Source: Anaeromyxobacter sp. (lineage in GTDB: Bacteria > Myxococcota > Myxococcia > Myxococcales > Anaeromyxobacteraceae). From it: DNA of 64,000 nt. The notes beneath the pieces are model-generated. The model was not told where the DNA came from, did no database searches, and was given only the letters and a program-made list of their open reading frames with translations. Shown here piece by piece: positions 21,895 through 33,699 of this stretch; position 1 is the first letter of the stretch, and each line of letters starts with the position of its first letter. The position numbers were made by a program, and so were the translations under genes. The stretch is taken from the NCBI GenBank assembly GCA_049840735.1, contig JASGJN010000017.1, positions 224,001-288,000 on the forward strand, written 5' to 3'.

Positions 21895-22632
21895 TCACGG
21901 CGCGCTGGTGACGATCGCCTTCAGCCCGGTCTCTCGCGCCACGTCCTGGCGGTACCGCTCGGCGTCCTCGCGCGTGGCGAAGCGGCCGGTGCGAACCCGA
22001 TAGTAACGGCCCTTGCCCGGGATATCCGCGACTTCGACCCAGGGGGAGAGCCGGCGGTACCTGTCGGCGATCTTGTCGGCCTCTGCCTTACCCTGCACCG
22101 AGGCGACCTGCACGGACCATGATCCACGGGCAGCCGACGCGACGGAGGGCAGCGCGGCGCGCCCGGGGATGACTTCGGAGGGCGGGGCCTGCGCGGCGAC
22201 GGCCGCGGCCTCCTCCGAGCGGGGTGCGACAACGTCGGGAGGAGGCGTGGCCTGGACCGGGGCCGGGGCGGTGAAGGGCGCGGCCGGCGCCGCGGGCGCG
22301 GACGGCCCCGTGCCGGCGGCCAGCGGCGGCGGGATGGGCTTCTTCTCGGCCGGGGGCGGCGTCTGCGGCTTCTGCGCCGGCAGCGCGGTCACGAAGGTGA
22401 TCTCGCCGGGGCGCGGGGTGGCCGCCACGGGGCGCGCGGTCGCGCCGGCGTCCAGCCGCTGCAGATCGCCGCTGCGCGCCGCCGCGACCTCGGCCGCCGT
22501 CAGGTGCTTGCCGACGTTGACTCCCAGCCCGAAGGCCACGCCGACCACCACCAGCGCTCCCACCACCAGGCCGGCGATCTGGCGGCCGTCGAGCGCCAGC
22601 TCGAACCGCTCGCGGACCCTGGAGTTCCTCAT
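21895..22632 (-). CDS. SPOR domain protein (FtsN/DedD-like)
   Basis: N-terminal TM, Pro/Ala linker, WSVQVAS..YRVRTGRFATREDA; follows argS. Confidence 0.85.
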   Translation of the reverse strand: MRNSRVRERFELALDGRQIAGLVVGALVVVGVAFGLGVNVGKHLTAAEVAAARSGDLQRLDAGATARPVAATPRPGEITFVTALPAQKPQTPPPAEKKPIPPPLAAGTGPSAPAAPAAPFTAPAPVQATPPPDVVAPRSEEAAAVAAQAPPSEVIPGRAALPSVASAARGSWSVQVASVQGKAEADKIADRYRRLSPWVEVADIPGKGRYYRVRTGRFATREDAERYRQDVARETGLKAIVTSAP

Positions 22633-22698
22633 GGAATCACCCGCTCCGCCGCGCCGTGGCGCCCGCGATGGGCGGGCGGCGGCGCGGCAGGACGGATT

Positions 22699-24499
22699 CT
22701 AGACCTCGTCGGCGCTATCGCGAGTTTCCGGACTGTCCATGCGCTCGGGGGCAGAGACCCCCAGCACCGCCAGGCCGTTGGCCAGCACCTGCTGGAGGGC
22801 GCGGCAGAGGAACAGGCGGCCCGCGGTGGTGCGCGCGTCGGGGCTGATGACCCTCAGCTCGGGGCTCTTCTTGCCCTGCGTGTAGTAGCTGTGGAAGGCC
22901 GCGATGGTCTCCTGCAGGTAGAACGCGACCCGGTGCGGCTCGTAGGCCAGCGCCGCCCCGGCCAGCATGTCCGGGAAGGCGGCGATGCGCCGGATCAGGT
23001 CCTGCTCCGCCGGGGAGGTGAGCGTGCGGACCGCCTCCAGGTCGAACCCGGGCCGCGCCACGCCCTCCGACTGCGCCTTGGCGAAGATCGACGACAGCCG
23101 GGCGTGGCCGTACTGCACGTAGAACACCGGGTTGTCCAGCGTCTGCTGCTTGGCCAGGTCGAGGTCGAAGTCGAGCGGCGCGTCGGCGCGGCGGGTCAGG
23201 AAGATGAAGCGGGCGGCGTCGCGGCCCACGTCGTCCACCACCTCGCGCAGGTTGACCAGCGTGCCGGCGCGCTTCGACATCTTCACGGCCTCCCCGCTCC
23301 TGAGCAGGTTGACCATCTGGATGACGATGACGTGCAGGTCCTTGCGATCGCCGCCCAGCGCCTCCAGCGCGGCCTCGAGCCGCGGGATGTAGCCGCCGTG
23401 GTCGGCGCCCAGCACGTCCACGAGGATGTCGGCGCGCTGCTTCTTCTGCCAGTGGTAGGCGATGTCGGCGCAGAAGTAAGTGGGCGTGCCGTCGGCCTTC
23501 TTGACCGGGCGGTCCACCTCGTCGCCGAACTGCGAGGAGCGGAAGAGCGTCAGGTCGTCGGCGGCGGAGACGCCCTCCTCGTCGGTCTGCGGCTGGGGCG
23601 GCGGCTGGCCCTTCTTGGACTTGGGCGGCGGCAGCTTGCCGACGTAGATGAGGTCCTTCTCCTGCAGCATCTTCAGGAAGCGGTCGACGGTGCTGGACTG
23701 GTAGAGCGCCTTCTCCGAGGACCAGACGTCGAACTGGATGTTGATGGCGCCCAGGTCGCCCTTGATCAGCTCCAGCACGTGGGCCACGCCGCGATCGCGG
23801 AAGAGGTCCAGCCACTCCGCCTCGGGCGCGTCCAGGTACTTGCCGCCGAAGTCGGCCTGGAGGCCGGCGGCGATGTCCTTCACGTAGTCGCCCGGGTAGC
23901 TCTTGGGCGGCATGGTGACGGTCCGGCCGTGCAGCTCCTGGTAGCGCAGGTGGATGGACCGGGCCAGCGTCTGCACCTGGGCGCCGTAGTCGTTGACGTA
24001 GTACTCGCGCGTCACGTCGAAGCCGGCCCAGCGCAGCAGGCTCTGCGCGCCGTCGCCCACCACCGCGCCGCGGCCGTGGCCGACGTGCATGGGGCCGGTC
24101 GGGTTGGCCGAGACGTACTCGACGATGACCTTCTTGCCCTGGCCCACCTGCGTGCGGCCGTAGTCGGCGCCCTGCGCCACGGCCCGCTCCAGCGAGCGGA
24201 ACCAGGAGATCGGGGGCGACCCGCACGTTGATGAAGCCGGGGCCGGCAATCTCCAGGCCGGTGATCTCGCCCGCGGCGTCGGCGGCGCGGACCGCCTCGA
24301 CGATGGCGGCGGCCAGCTCGCGCGGCGGCTTGCCGGCGGGCTTGGCCAGCACCATGGCGGCGTTCACGGCGAAGTCACCGTGCTTCGGGTCGCGCGGAGC
24401 CTCGACGGCGAAGCCGGCCTCGACGGCGGGCCAGCGCCCCTGGGCGGCCCCCTGCTCGATCGCCCGGCGGAAGATCTCGATGACGCGGTCTCTGACCAT
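22699..24499 (-). CDS. argS: Arginine--tRNA ligase (apparent 1-nt insertion at ~24205)
   Basis: [17 protein letters not shown], then in another frame [44 protein letters not shown]. Confidence 0.95.
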
Positions 24500-24598
24500 G
24501 GGAGGGCCTGTCTACCGGGCGCAGGGCCGGGAAGCAAGGGCGCCGGTGGCCGCGGCCAGGCGCGCGGAACGGCTCGGGTTCCGGGCGGGTCGGACCGC

Positions 24599-25699
24599 TC
24601 AGGCGTACGCGTCGAAGGCGCCGCAGCGGCGGCAGCGCCAGGCCCGGGCCACGGCGTCCCCGCCGCAGCGCTGGCAGCGGGGGGCGCGCCCCTTCCGCAG
24701 CAGCGCCGTGACCAGCAGGTCGTGGCGCGCGGCCAGGTCCTCCGGGCCCGGCGCCTCCGCCTCGCGCAGGAGCTCGCGCATGGCCAGGGTGACCTCGCCG
24801 GTGCCGTCGTGCTCCAGGGCACGGCGCAGGGCCCGCAGCGCGCCGGGGGTGTCGCCGGCCCGGTGCAGCGCCCGTCCGTGCAGCAGGTGGAGCGCGGCGT
24901 CCGCGGGGCGCGTCTCCAGCCGCCGGGCCACGAAGGCGGCGGCGGCGGCCGCGTCGGAGAGCGCCCCCAGCGCCGGCCAGGCCAGCGCCGCGGCCCGCGC
25001 GTCGGCGTCCAGCGCGCGGGCGGCGGCCGCCAGCGTCCCGTCCACGTCGCCGGCGGCGGTGCGCGCCTCGGCCAGCGCCATCCAGCCGTCGGCGCTCTCC
25101 GGGTATGCGGCCAGCGCCTGCTGGGCCAGATCGGTGGCGCCGGCCGGATCGGCCGGGAGCGCGGTGCGGGCCCACGCCGACAGCAGATGGGCCAGCACCG
25201 GGTCCTGCCCCGGCTCGCCCAGGCGGCGCTGGATCCCGGCGGCCCCCGCCAGATCTCCCTGCTCCACCCGGACGTCGCGCAGCCCCTCGGCGGCGGAGCG
25301 GTCCTGCGGCGCCAGCCGCTCGTAGATCTCGGCCGCCTCGACCAGCATGCCACTGCGCCGGTAGTCCTCGGCCAGCTCGCGCTCCACCTCCGGCCGGCGC
25401 GCCTGCGGCAGGGCCGGCCCGAGCAGCATGTTGCGGTGCAGCCGCACCGCCCGCGCGAAATCGCCCTCGCGCCGGAAGAGCGCGCCCAGGGCCAGGTAGG
25501 TCTCGACCGCCTCGGGGTGGCCCAGCCGCGCGGCGTCGGAGAGCGCCTCGATGGCGGCGTCCGGGTCGCCGGAGATGACCGACCGGACGCCCTTGAGGTA
25601 GGCCTGCGCCTCGTCCCGGCGCTTGCGCAGCCGGTCGGCCAGGAGCAGCGCGGCGGCGGCGAAGGCGGCAGCCGCGATGGCGAGCCAGAGCGCGCTCAC
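24599..25699 (-). CDS. LapB/YciM-like TPR protein with C-terminal rubredoxin motif
   Basis: N-terminal TM, ALGALFRREGDFARAVRLHRNML, CQRCG..WRCRRCG. Confidence 0.8.
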   Translation of the reverse strand: MSALWLAIAAAAFAAAALLLADRLRKRRDEAQAYLKGVRSVISGDPDAAIEALSDAARLGHPEAVETYLALGALFRREGDFARAVRLHRNMLLGPALPQARRPEVERELAEDYRRSGMLVEAAEIYERLAPQDRSAAEGLRDVRVEQGDLAGAAGIQRRLGEPGQDPVLAHLLSAWARTALPADPAGATDLAQQALAAYPESADGWMALAEARTAAGDVDGTLAAAARALDADARAAALAWPALGALSDAAAAAAFVARRLETRPADAALHLLHGRALHRAGDTPGALRALRRALEHDGTGEVTLAMRELLREAEAPGPEDLAARHDLLVTALLRKGRAPRCQRCGGDAVARAWRCRRCGAFDAYA

Positions 25700-26197
25700 G
25701 TCCCTCCGAGCCCGGCGAAGCCGGCGCTGAGCCGCGCCCAGGCCTCGTCCAGCGCCTCCACCACCACGCGCTGGTCGGCCAGCACCGGCATGAAGTTGTT
25801 GTCCCCGCCCCAGCGCGGGACGATGTGCCAGTGCAGGTGCTCGGCGATGCCGGCCCCGGCCACGTGGCCCAGGTTCATCCCCACGTTGAGCCCCTCCGGC
25901 CGGTAGACCGCCCGCACCACGGCGGCGGCGCGCCGGAGCTCGTCCTGCAGGTCGGCCCAGAATCGCCGGGGGCAGCGCGTCGAGGTCGGCCCCGTGCTGG
26001 CGCGGGATCACCATCACGTGGCCGGAGTTGTAGGGGAAGCGGTTCAGGCAGGTGAAGGCGTGCTCGGTGCGGTGGACCACCAGGTTCTGGCGATCCTCCG
26101 CCTCGGGGGCGGCCGGGAACTGGCAGAAGATGCACCCCTTCGGCTTCTCGGAGCGGATGAAGGCCATCCGCCAGGGGGCCCAGAGTGGCTGCTGCAC
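25696..26197 (-). CDS. HIT-family hydrolase (apparent insertion at ~25962)
   Basis: LWAPWRM, CIFC, LNRFPYNSGH, GMNLG.VAGAGI, HLHWHIVPRW. Confidence 0.9.
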
Positions 26198-26208
26198 TTT
26201 CGACTCCC

Positions 26209-27304
26209 TCACCGCGACAGGAAGTAGATGCCCGGGTCCTGCGCCGCGCGGGCGCCCTGCGCCACGCGCGCCTTGACCGCGTCGGCGGCCGCGCCGGCCG
26301 CCTGGCCCATGAGCTGCTCCAGCAGCTTGCCCTTCTCCTCCGGCGGGTAGACCAGCACCGGCTCGCCCTCGAGGCCGGCCTCGGCCATGGCCAGGTCCAC
26401 CGCGTCGTAGAAGTTGCCCAGCTGGTCCACCAGCTTGCGCTCCTTGGCCTCGGCGCCGGTGATGACGCGGCCGTCGGCGATGGGACGCACGGCTTCCTTG
26501 TCGAGGTGGCGGCCCTCGGCCACGGCGGTGAGGAACTGGTCGTAGACGCCGTCGATGAGCGACTGCCAGTAGGCGCGATCCTCCGGCGGCATGTCGCGGA
26601 ACGGGTTGCCCGCGTCCTTGAGCTTGCCGCTCTTGACCGTCTCCACCTTGATGTCCCAGCGCTCGACCAGCCCCTTCACGTTGGGGAACTGGCTGATCAC
26701 GCCGATGGAGGCGGTGAGCGTGCCGGGGGCGGCCACGATCCTGGGGCAGGCCACGGCGATGTAGAAGCCTCCCGAGGCGGCCAGGTTGCCGAGCGAGCAG
26801 ACGACCGTCTTCTTCGCGGCCAGCCGCTTCACCTCGTCGTGGATCTCCTGGCTCGGGCCCACGGCGCCGCCGGGGGAGTCGATTCCGGATCACCACCGCC
26901 TTGAGGTCGGTGTCGTTCTCGAGCTTGCGCAGCTGCTTGAGCACCTTGTCGGCGTCCACGCCGCCGTCCATGCCGATGCCGCCCTTCACCTCGACGACCG
27001 CCACGCGCGGTCCGCCGCCGAGCGCCGCCCCGTCGCCCTTCACGGCGCCGAAGGCCAGCAGCAGGAAGGCGAAGAAGACCAGGAACAGGCCGCCGAAGAC
27101 GGTCAGCACCAGCACCGTGGCCAGGCGGTCGCGCCGCGGCGGCTGCGGCGGCGGCATCACGCCGGCCGGCGGGCCCCACCCGGCGGGCGGCGGCGGCGGC
27201 GCGCCCCAGCGCGCCGGCTCGGGCCGCGGGGGCGGCTGGACCGGCTCGGAGGAGGTGACGGGGGTGGTGGGCAGCGGGGGCTGGCCGGGGTCGTTGGGAT
27301 CCAT
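26209..27304 (-). CDS. sppA: Signal peptide peptidase SppA (apparent insertion at ~26883)
   Basis: TM, corrected VIRIDSPGG, AASGGFYIA, SIGVI, KSGKLKDAG, ADGRVITG. Confidence 0.9.
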
Positions 27305-27436
27305 TGTGGGCAGGTAACCACGCGACGGGGCGGCTCGCAACGGTTCGGGACAGGGGCCCTGCCGTGGCCTCCGGCCTTCGAGTGCCCCCCGGTCCCGTGA
27401 CTCGCCGGATGGCGCGCGGTCCGGCACGATCGCCTC

Positions 27437-28138
27437 GTGCTGCAGCGCCGCTCCCCCAGCCGCCTCCCGCCTCCTGCCCCCCGCGCGCTCGCGCTGGCGG
27501 CGCTGGCGCTGGCGGGCTGCGCCGGTGCGCCGCCGCCCGCGCCCGCTGAGCCCGCCGCGACCACCTCGTCCGCGCCGCGCCACCTCGCCTACGCCGAGAG
27601 CCCGGTGATCTGCACGCTGGGGCGCTCCATGCGCGAGGACCTGCCCAGCCACGAGGGCGGCCAGGTGACCGGCTACACCATCTCGCCGCCGCTGCCGCCG
27701 GGGCTGCACCTCGACCCCGTCACCGGCGCCATCGCCGGCACGCCGCGCGCGCCAGGCGCCAGCCGCCACACGGTGACGGCGCGCAACGCCGCCGGGGCGG
27801 CGTCGACCATCCTCTACCTGACCGTGGCCGAGCCGCCGCCGGCCGCGCTCCGGTACGCCGAGGGGCGCGCCAGCTACGCGCGCGGCGCCCGCATCCGGGC
27901 CAACCTCCCGGCCGCGGTGGGCGGGCGCGCGCTGGCCTGGAGCGTCGCGCCGGCGCTCCCGCCCGGGCTGGAGCTGGACCGGCGCACGGGCGCCATCCGC
28001 GGCACGCCCACGCTGGCCGCGCTCGAGGCCACCTACGTCGTCACCGCCCGCGGCGCCAGCGGCGCCGCCTCGGCCGAGCTGCGGGTCGAGGTGACGGACT
28101 CGCCGGCCGGCGTCGTGGCGTTGGCCGCGCAGCCCTGA
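27437..28138 (+). CDS. Lipoprotein with two putative Ig (He_PIG-like) domains
   Basis: LAGC lipobox; LPPGL.LD..TGAI.GTP twice. Confidence 0.8.
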   Translation: MLQRRSPSRLPPPAPRALALAALALAGCAGAPPPAPAEPAATTSSAPRHLAYAESPVICTLGRSMREDLPSHEGGQVTGYTISPPLPPGLHLDPVTGAIAGTPRAPGASRHTVTARNAAGAASTILYLTVAEPPPAALRYAEGRASYARGARIRANLPAAVGGRALAWSVAPALPPGLELDRRTGAIRGTPTLAALEATYVVTARGASGAASAELRVEVTDSPAGVVALAAQP

Positions 28139-28270
28139 CCCGCGACGGACGGCCGCACCCTTATTCACGTTGGGTGACTGCATCCCAGGGTTCGGCGACT
28201 CGCGCCCGACACCAGGGTCGGGCAGCATGGCGCCTCCACCGTGCGCGAACCCGACCTCCCCGAGGACCCC

Positions 28271-31200
28271 ATGCGCCAGCGCTCCGCCGCCCTGCCCCGC
28301 CTCGCCCTGCCCCTGCTCGCGCTGACCGCCGCGCTGGGCTGCTCCAACGACCCCTCGGCCCCGGCCGCGCTGACCTACGCTGCCAACCCGGTCACCTACA
28401 CCGTCGGTGTCGAGATCGCCGAGAACGCGCCCGCCCACCTCGGCGGCCCGGTCGACCGCTACAGCGTCTCCCCGGCCCTCCCGGCGGGCCTCGCCCTGGA
28501 CGCCCGCACCGGCGTGATCTCCGGCACGCCCACTGCCGCGGCGCCCCAGGCCAGCTACGCCGTGACGGCGCACGGCCCGGGCGGCAGCGCCTCCACCACG
28601 CTGGTCGTCACGGTGGTCGACTCCCCGCCCCGCCACCTGGCCTATGCCGTCAACCCTGCCACCTACACCGTCGGCCAGGACGCCGCGCCCAACGCGCTCG
28701 TGCAGCAGGGCGGCGCGGCGCTCTCGGTCACTGTCACTCCGGAGCTGCCGCCCGGACTCGCGCTCGACCCCATCACCGGCACCATCTCCGGCACCCCCAC
28801 GGTCATCAGCCCGGCCGCCACCTACACGGTCACCGCCCACAACTCCGGCGGTGAGGCCTCCGTCGAGCTGGTCCTGGCGGTCAACGACCAGGCCCCCGAG
28901 GCGCTCGCCTACGCCTTGAACCCGGCGGTCTACACGGTCGGCAGCGCCATCGCGGCCAACGCCCCCGCCTCCGAGGGCGGCGCGGTCACCGGCTACGAGG
29001 TCTTCCCGCCGCTGCCCGACGGGCTCGCCCTCGATCCGGTCACCGGCGTCGTCTCCGGCACCCCCACCACCGTCACCCCGGCCGGCACCTACCTCGTCAC
29101 CGCCTCCAACTCCGGCGGGTCCACCACGGCCGAGCTGGGCCTCACGGTGAACGACGTGCCGCCCTCGGCGCTCGCGTACGCCGTCAACCCGCTCGTCGCA
29201 ACGGTGGGCCAGGCCGTCTCCGACCTGGCCAGCGCCCAGGGCGGCCCGGTCCTCACCTGGACGGCCCTCTCCGCGCTCCCAGCCGGCCTCTCGGTCGACG
29301 CGCTCAGCGGCGAGGTCCGCGGCACGCCCACGGCCGTCACCCCCGCCGGCGTCTACACCGTGGTCGCGTCCAACTCCGGCGGCCAGGGCTCGGTGGACCT
29401 CTCCATCACCGTGAACGACGTGCCCCCGTCGGCGCTGGTCTACGCCCAGGACCCGGCCACCTACACCCGCGGCGTCGCCATCGCGGCCAACACGCCCAGC
29501 CACGCCGGCGGCGCGGTGGTCTCCTACGCCGTCTCGCCCGCCCTGCCCGCTGGGCTCTCCCTCGACGCTGGCACCGGCGCCATCACCGGCACCCCGACCG
29601 CCATCACCGCCGCGGCCACCTACACCGTGACCGCCACCAATACCGGCGGCCAGACCTCCGCCGCGGTGAGCATCACGGTCAACGACCAGGCCCCCACCGG
29701 CCTCGCCTACGCCGTGAACCCGGCCGTCCACACCCTCGGCGCGGCCATCGCCCCCAACACCGTCACGGCCGGCGGTGGCGCGGTCCTCTCGTGGGCCATC
29801 GCGCCTACGCTGCCGGCCGGCCTGGCCTTCGACACCGCCACCGGCGCCATCTCCGGCACGCCCACCGCGCTCGCTCCGCAGGCCGCGTACACCGTCACCG
29901 CCACCAACACCGGCGGCACCGCCTCGGTCGACCTGAGCCTGACGGTGAACGACGTCCCGCCCTCCGGCCTCACCTACGCCCTCAACCCGGCCACCTACCA
30001 GGCCACCATCGCCATCGGCGACAACACCCCCACCGTCAGCGGCGGCCCGGTCACCTCCTGGTCGGTCGAGCCCCCGCTGCCGGCCGGCCTGACCCTCGAC
30101 GCAGCCACCGGCGTCCTCTCCGGCACCCCGGAGGCCGAGGCCGCCCAGGCCACCTACACCGTCACGGCCACCAACTCCGGCGGCAGCACCGCCACCGGCC
30201 TCACGCTCACCGTCCGCCCCGCGCCCTTCTGCGGCGACGGCAGCGTCGACGCCGGCGAGGCCTGCGATGACGGCAACACGGTCGCGAACGACGGCTGCAA
30301 CGCCACCTGCCAGGCCGAGGTCTGCGGCGACGGCGTCGTGCAGCCCGGGATCGGCGAGCAGTGCGACGACGGCAACACCGTGAGCGGAGACCACTGCGAC
30401 GCCGTCTGCCAGACGGAGCTGTTCCAGACCCGGCCGCCGCAGGTCGTGAGCGGTGCGCTGGCCTGCTCGTCCGTCGGGTCCAACAGCTCCCGCATGGTGG
30501 GCGTGGACGAGGGGCAGAACGTCTACGTCCTCATGAACTGCGGCGCGGTCCACGTCGCGGTGAGCCGCGACCGCGGGGCCGCCTACTCGCCCCCGGAGGA
30601 CCTGAGCACCGGCGCGGTCGCGCCCGTGAGCCAGGCGGCGGTCGCCGGCGGCCCCGCCGGCGTGGCCTACGCCGTCTTCCAGGCCAGCAGCGGCCACGTC
30701 TTCCTGCGCACCACCCATGACGCCGGCGCGACCTGGAGCGCGCCGCTGCAGCTGAGCCAAGTCCCTGCTCCGAACGTGAGCGTGTCCATCGCCGCCTCCG
30801 GCGAGGACGTCTACGTCGCCTGGTACGCGAACGGCGGCACGATGACGGTGGCCCACAACCACGCGCGCGGCCAGGGCGCCTTCAGCTTGACCCCGGTCGC
30901 GATGGCCCTGACCTACCACGACGTCCTGCTGGATCCCGACACGCGGCAGGTGTTCGCCGTCTCGGACACGCCCGTGCTGCGAGTGCGGGCCAGCACCGAC
31001 CAGGGGGCCACCTTCGCCGCCGTGGAAATGCCACCCGGCCAGCAGTACTACTCGGACTGGGCCCTCGGCAACGGGACCATCTTCGTCGTCGGCTCGTACG
31101 GCAGCACGTCGCTCCACCGGATCCCGGTGACCGCGCTCGGCACGTCCACGGCGATCGCGGGCCTGCCGGCGAACACCGCCCCGGGGAACTTCCGGGCCGT

Positions 31201-31420
31201 CGCCGCCGACCGGGCCGGGAACGCCTACGTCACCTCCCAGCTCACCACCGACGAGGTCCAGCTCGACAGGCTGCCCGCCGGAGCCGACGCCTTCGACCCC
31301 CCGCGGACGCTGGCCGCCGACAGCCAGTATCCGAGCTGCGCCGCGCTCCCGGACGACGAGGGCGTCGCCGTCACCTATGGCAGCGGGGACGCGGTGTACG
31401 TCACGATCCAGACGTACTGA
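28271..31420 (+). CDS. Lipoprotein: 7 putative Ig repeats + 2 myxobacterial Cys-rich (DUF4215) repeats + beta-rich head
   Basis: ALGC lipobox; LPAGL.LD..TG.ISGTP repeats; CGDG..GE.CDDGN...DGC; BNR-like SRDRG, TTHDAG, STDQG. Confidence 0.87.
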   Translation: MRQRSAALPRLALPLLALTAALGCSNDPSAPAALTYAANPVTYTVGVEIAENAPAHLGGPVDRYSVSPALPAGLALDARTGVISGTPTAAAPQASYAVTAHGPGGSASTTLVVTVVDSPPRHLAYAVNPATYTVGQDAAPNALVQQGGAALSVTVTPELPPGLALDPITGTISGTPTVISPAATYTVTAHNSGGEASVELVLAVNDQAPEALAYALNPAVYTVGSAIAANAPASEGGAVTGYEVFPPLPDGLALDPVTGVVSGTPTTVTPAGTYLVTASNSGGSTTAELGLTVNDVPPSALAYAVNPLVATVGQAVSDLASAQGGPVLTWTALSALPAGLSVDALSGEVRGTPTAVTPAGVYTVVASNSGGQGSVDLSITVNDVPPSALVYAQDPATYTRGVAIAANTPSHAGGAVVSYAVSPALPAGLSLDAGTGAITGTPTAITAAATYTVTATNTGGQTSAAVSITVNDQAPTGLAYAVNPAVHTLGAAIAPNTVTAGGGAVLSWAIAPTLPAGLAFDTATGAISGTPTALAPQAAYTVTATNTGGTASVDLSLTVNDVPPSGLTYALNPATYQATIAIGDNTPTVSGGPVTSWSVEPPLPAGLTLDAATGVLSGTPEAEAAQATYTVTATNSGGSTATGLTLTVRPAPFCGDGSVDAGEACDDGNTVANDGCNATCQAEVCGDGVVQPGIGEQCDDGNTVSGDHCDAVCQTELFQTRPPQVVSGALACSSVGSNSSRMVGVDEGQNVYVLMNCGAVHVAVSRDRGAAYSPPEDLSTGAVAPVSQAAVAGGPAGVAYAVFQASSGHVFLRTTHDAGATWSAPLQLSQVPAPNVSVSIAASGEDVYVAWYANGGTMTVAHNHARGQGAFSLTPVAMALTYHDVLLDPDTRQVFAVSDTPVLRVRASTDQGATFAAVEMPPGQQYYSDWALGNGTIFVVGSYGSTSLHRIPVTALGTSTAIAGLPANTAPGNFRAVAADRAGNAYVTSQLTTDEVQLDRLPAGADAFDPPRTLAADSQYPSCAALPDDEGVAVTYGSGDAVYVTIQTY

Positions 31421-33699
31421 CGCACGCCCGCGCGCGCTGCCCGGAGTCGGGGCAGCGCGCAGCGGCGCACCGCCGCAAACCGCGTTCACATACAGTGACC
31501 TTGCCCCAGGGTCCGGCGACTGGCGGCCGGACCCTGGGTCGGGCACGATGCCCGAGCACCGTGGGTGAATCCACGCCCCGCCGCAAGGACACCATGCGCC
31601 AGCCCTCCGCCGCACGCTCCCGCCTCGCCCTGCCCCTGCTCGCCCTGGCCGGTTCCCTGGCCTGCGGCGGTGACCCCTCGGCCCCCTCCGCGCTGACCTA
31701 CGCCGCGAACCCGGTCACCTACACCGTGGGCGTCGAGATCGGCGAGAGCGCGCCCACCCACCTCGGCGGCTCGGCCGACGCCTACACCGTCACGCCGGCG
31801 CTCCCCGCCGGCATCACGCTCGACGCCCGCACCGGCGTGCTCTCCGGCACGCCCACTGTCGCGGCTGCCCGGGCCAGCTACGTCGTGACGGCCCGCGGGC
31901 CCGGCGGCAGTACCTCCACCACGCTGGTCGTCACGGTGGTCGACTCCCCGCCCCGCCACCTGGCCTACGCCCAGAACCCGGCCCGCTACACCGCCGGCCT
32001 GGCCATCGAACCCAACGCGCTGATCCAGCAGGGCGGCGCCGCGCTCTCGGTGTCGGTTTCGCCCGAGCTGCCGCCCGGCCTCACCCTCGACCCGGCCACC
32101 GGCACCATCTCCGGCACCCCCACGGTCATCAGCCCGGCCGCCACCTACACGGTCACCGCCCACAACTCCGGCGGTGAGGCCTCCGTCGAGCTGGTCCTGG
32201 CGGTCAACGACCAGGCCCCGGCCAACCTGGCCTACGCCCTGAACCCGGCGGTCTACACGGTCGGCAGCGCCATCGTGGCCAACGCCCCCGCCTCCGAGGG
32301 CGGCGCGGTCACCGGCTACGAGGTCTTCCCGCCGCTGCCCGACGGGCTCGCCCTCGATCCGGTCACCGGCGTCGTCTCCGGCACCCCCACCACCGTCACC
32401 CCGGCCGGCACCTACCTCGTCACCGCCTCCAACTCCGGCGGGTCCACCACGGCCGAGCTGGGCCTCACGGTGAACGACGTGCCGCCTTCGCAGCTCGCCT
32501 ACGCAGTGAACCCGCTGGTCGCCACGGTGGGCCAGGCCGTCTCCGACCTGGCCAGCGCCCAGGGCGGCCCGGTCCTCACCTGGACGGCCCTCTCCGCGCT
32601 CCCCGCCGGCCTCTCGGTCGACGCGCTCACCGGCGAGGTCCGCGGCACGCCCACGGCCATCACCCCGGCCGGCGTCTACACCGTGGTCGCCTCCAACTCC
32701 GGCGGCGCGGCCTCGGTCGATCTCGGCCTGACGGTCAACGACGTCCCCCCCTCGGCGCTGGTCTACGCCCAGAACCCGGCCACCTACACCCGCGGCGTCG
32801 CCATCGCGGCCAACACGCCCAGCCACGCCGGTGGCGCGGTGGTCTCCTACGCCGTCTCGCCCGCCCTGCCCGCGGGCCTCTCCCTCGACACCGGCACCGG
32901 CGCCATCACCGGCACCCCGACCGCCATCACCGCCGCGGCCACCTACACCGTGACCGCCACCAATACCGGCGGCCAGACCTCCGCCGCGGTGAGCATCACG
33001 GTCAACGACCAGGCCCCCACCGGCCTCGCCTACGCCGTGAACCCGGCCGTCCACACCCTCGGCGCGGCCATCGCCCCCAACACCGTCACGGCCGGCGGTG
33101 GCGCGGTCCTCTCGTGGGCCATCGCGCCTACGCTGCCGGCCGGCCTGGCCTTCGACACCGCCACCGGCGCCATCTCCGGCACGCCCACCGCGCTCGCTCC
33201 GCAGGCCGCGTACACCGTCACCGCCACCAACACCGGCGGCACCGCCTCGGTCGACCTGAGCCTGACGGTGAACGACGTCCCGCCCTCCGGCCTCACCTAC
33301 GCCCTCAACCCGGCCACCTACCAGGCCACCATCGCCATCGGCGACAACACCCCCACCGTCAGCGGCGGCCCGGTCACCTCCTGGTCGGTCGAGCCCCCGC
33401 TGCCGGCCGGCCTGACCCTCGACGCAGCCACCGGCGTCCTCTCCGGCACCCCGGAGGCCGAGGCCGCCCAGGCCACCTACACCGTCACGGCCACCAACTC
33501 CGGCGGCAGCACCGCCACCGGCCTCACGCTCACCGTCCGCCCCGCGCCCTTCTGCGGCGACGGCAGCGTCGACGCCGGCGAGGCCTGCGATGACGGCAAC
33601 ACGGTCGCGAACGACGGCTGCAACGCCACCTGCCAGGCCGAGGTCTGCGGCGACGGCGTCGTGCAGCCCGGGATCGGCGAGCAGTGCGACGACGGCAAC
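29570..33699. repeat. ~800-bp apparently identical direct repeat (29570-30376 = 32893-33699)
   Basis: Visual alignment; identical alternate-frame ORFs in the track at offset 3323. Confidence 0.9.

Noticed and set aside
24599..31615. 2338-aa minus-strand ORF
   Set aside because: Chance in-frame join of the antisense shadow of the Ig genes with parts of sppA, HIT and the lapB-like gene
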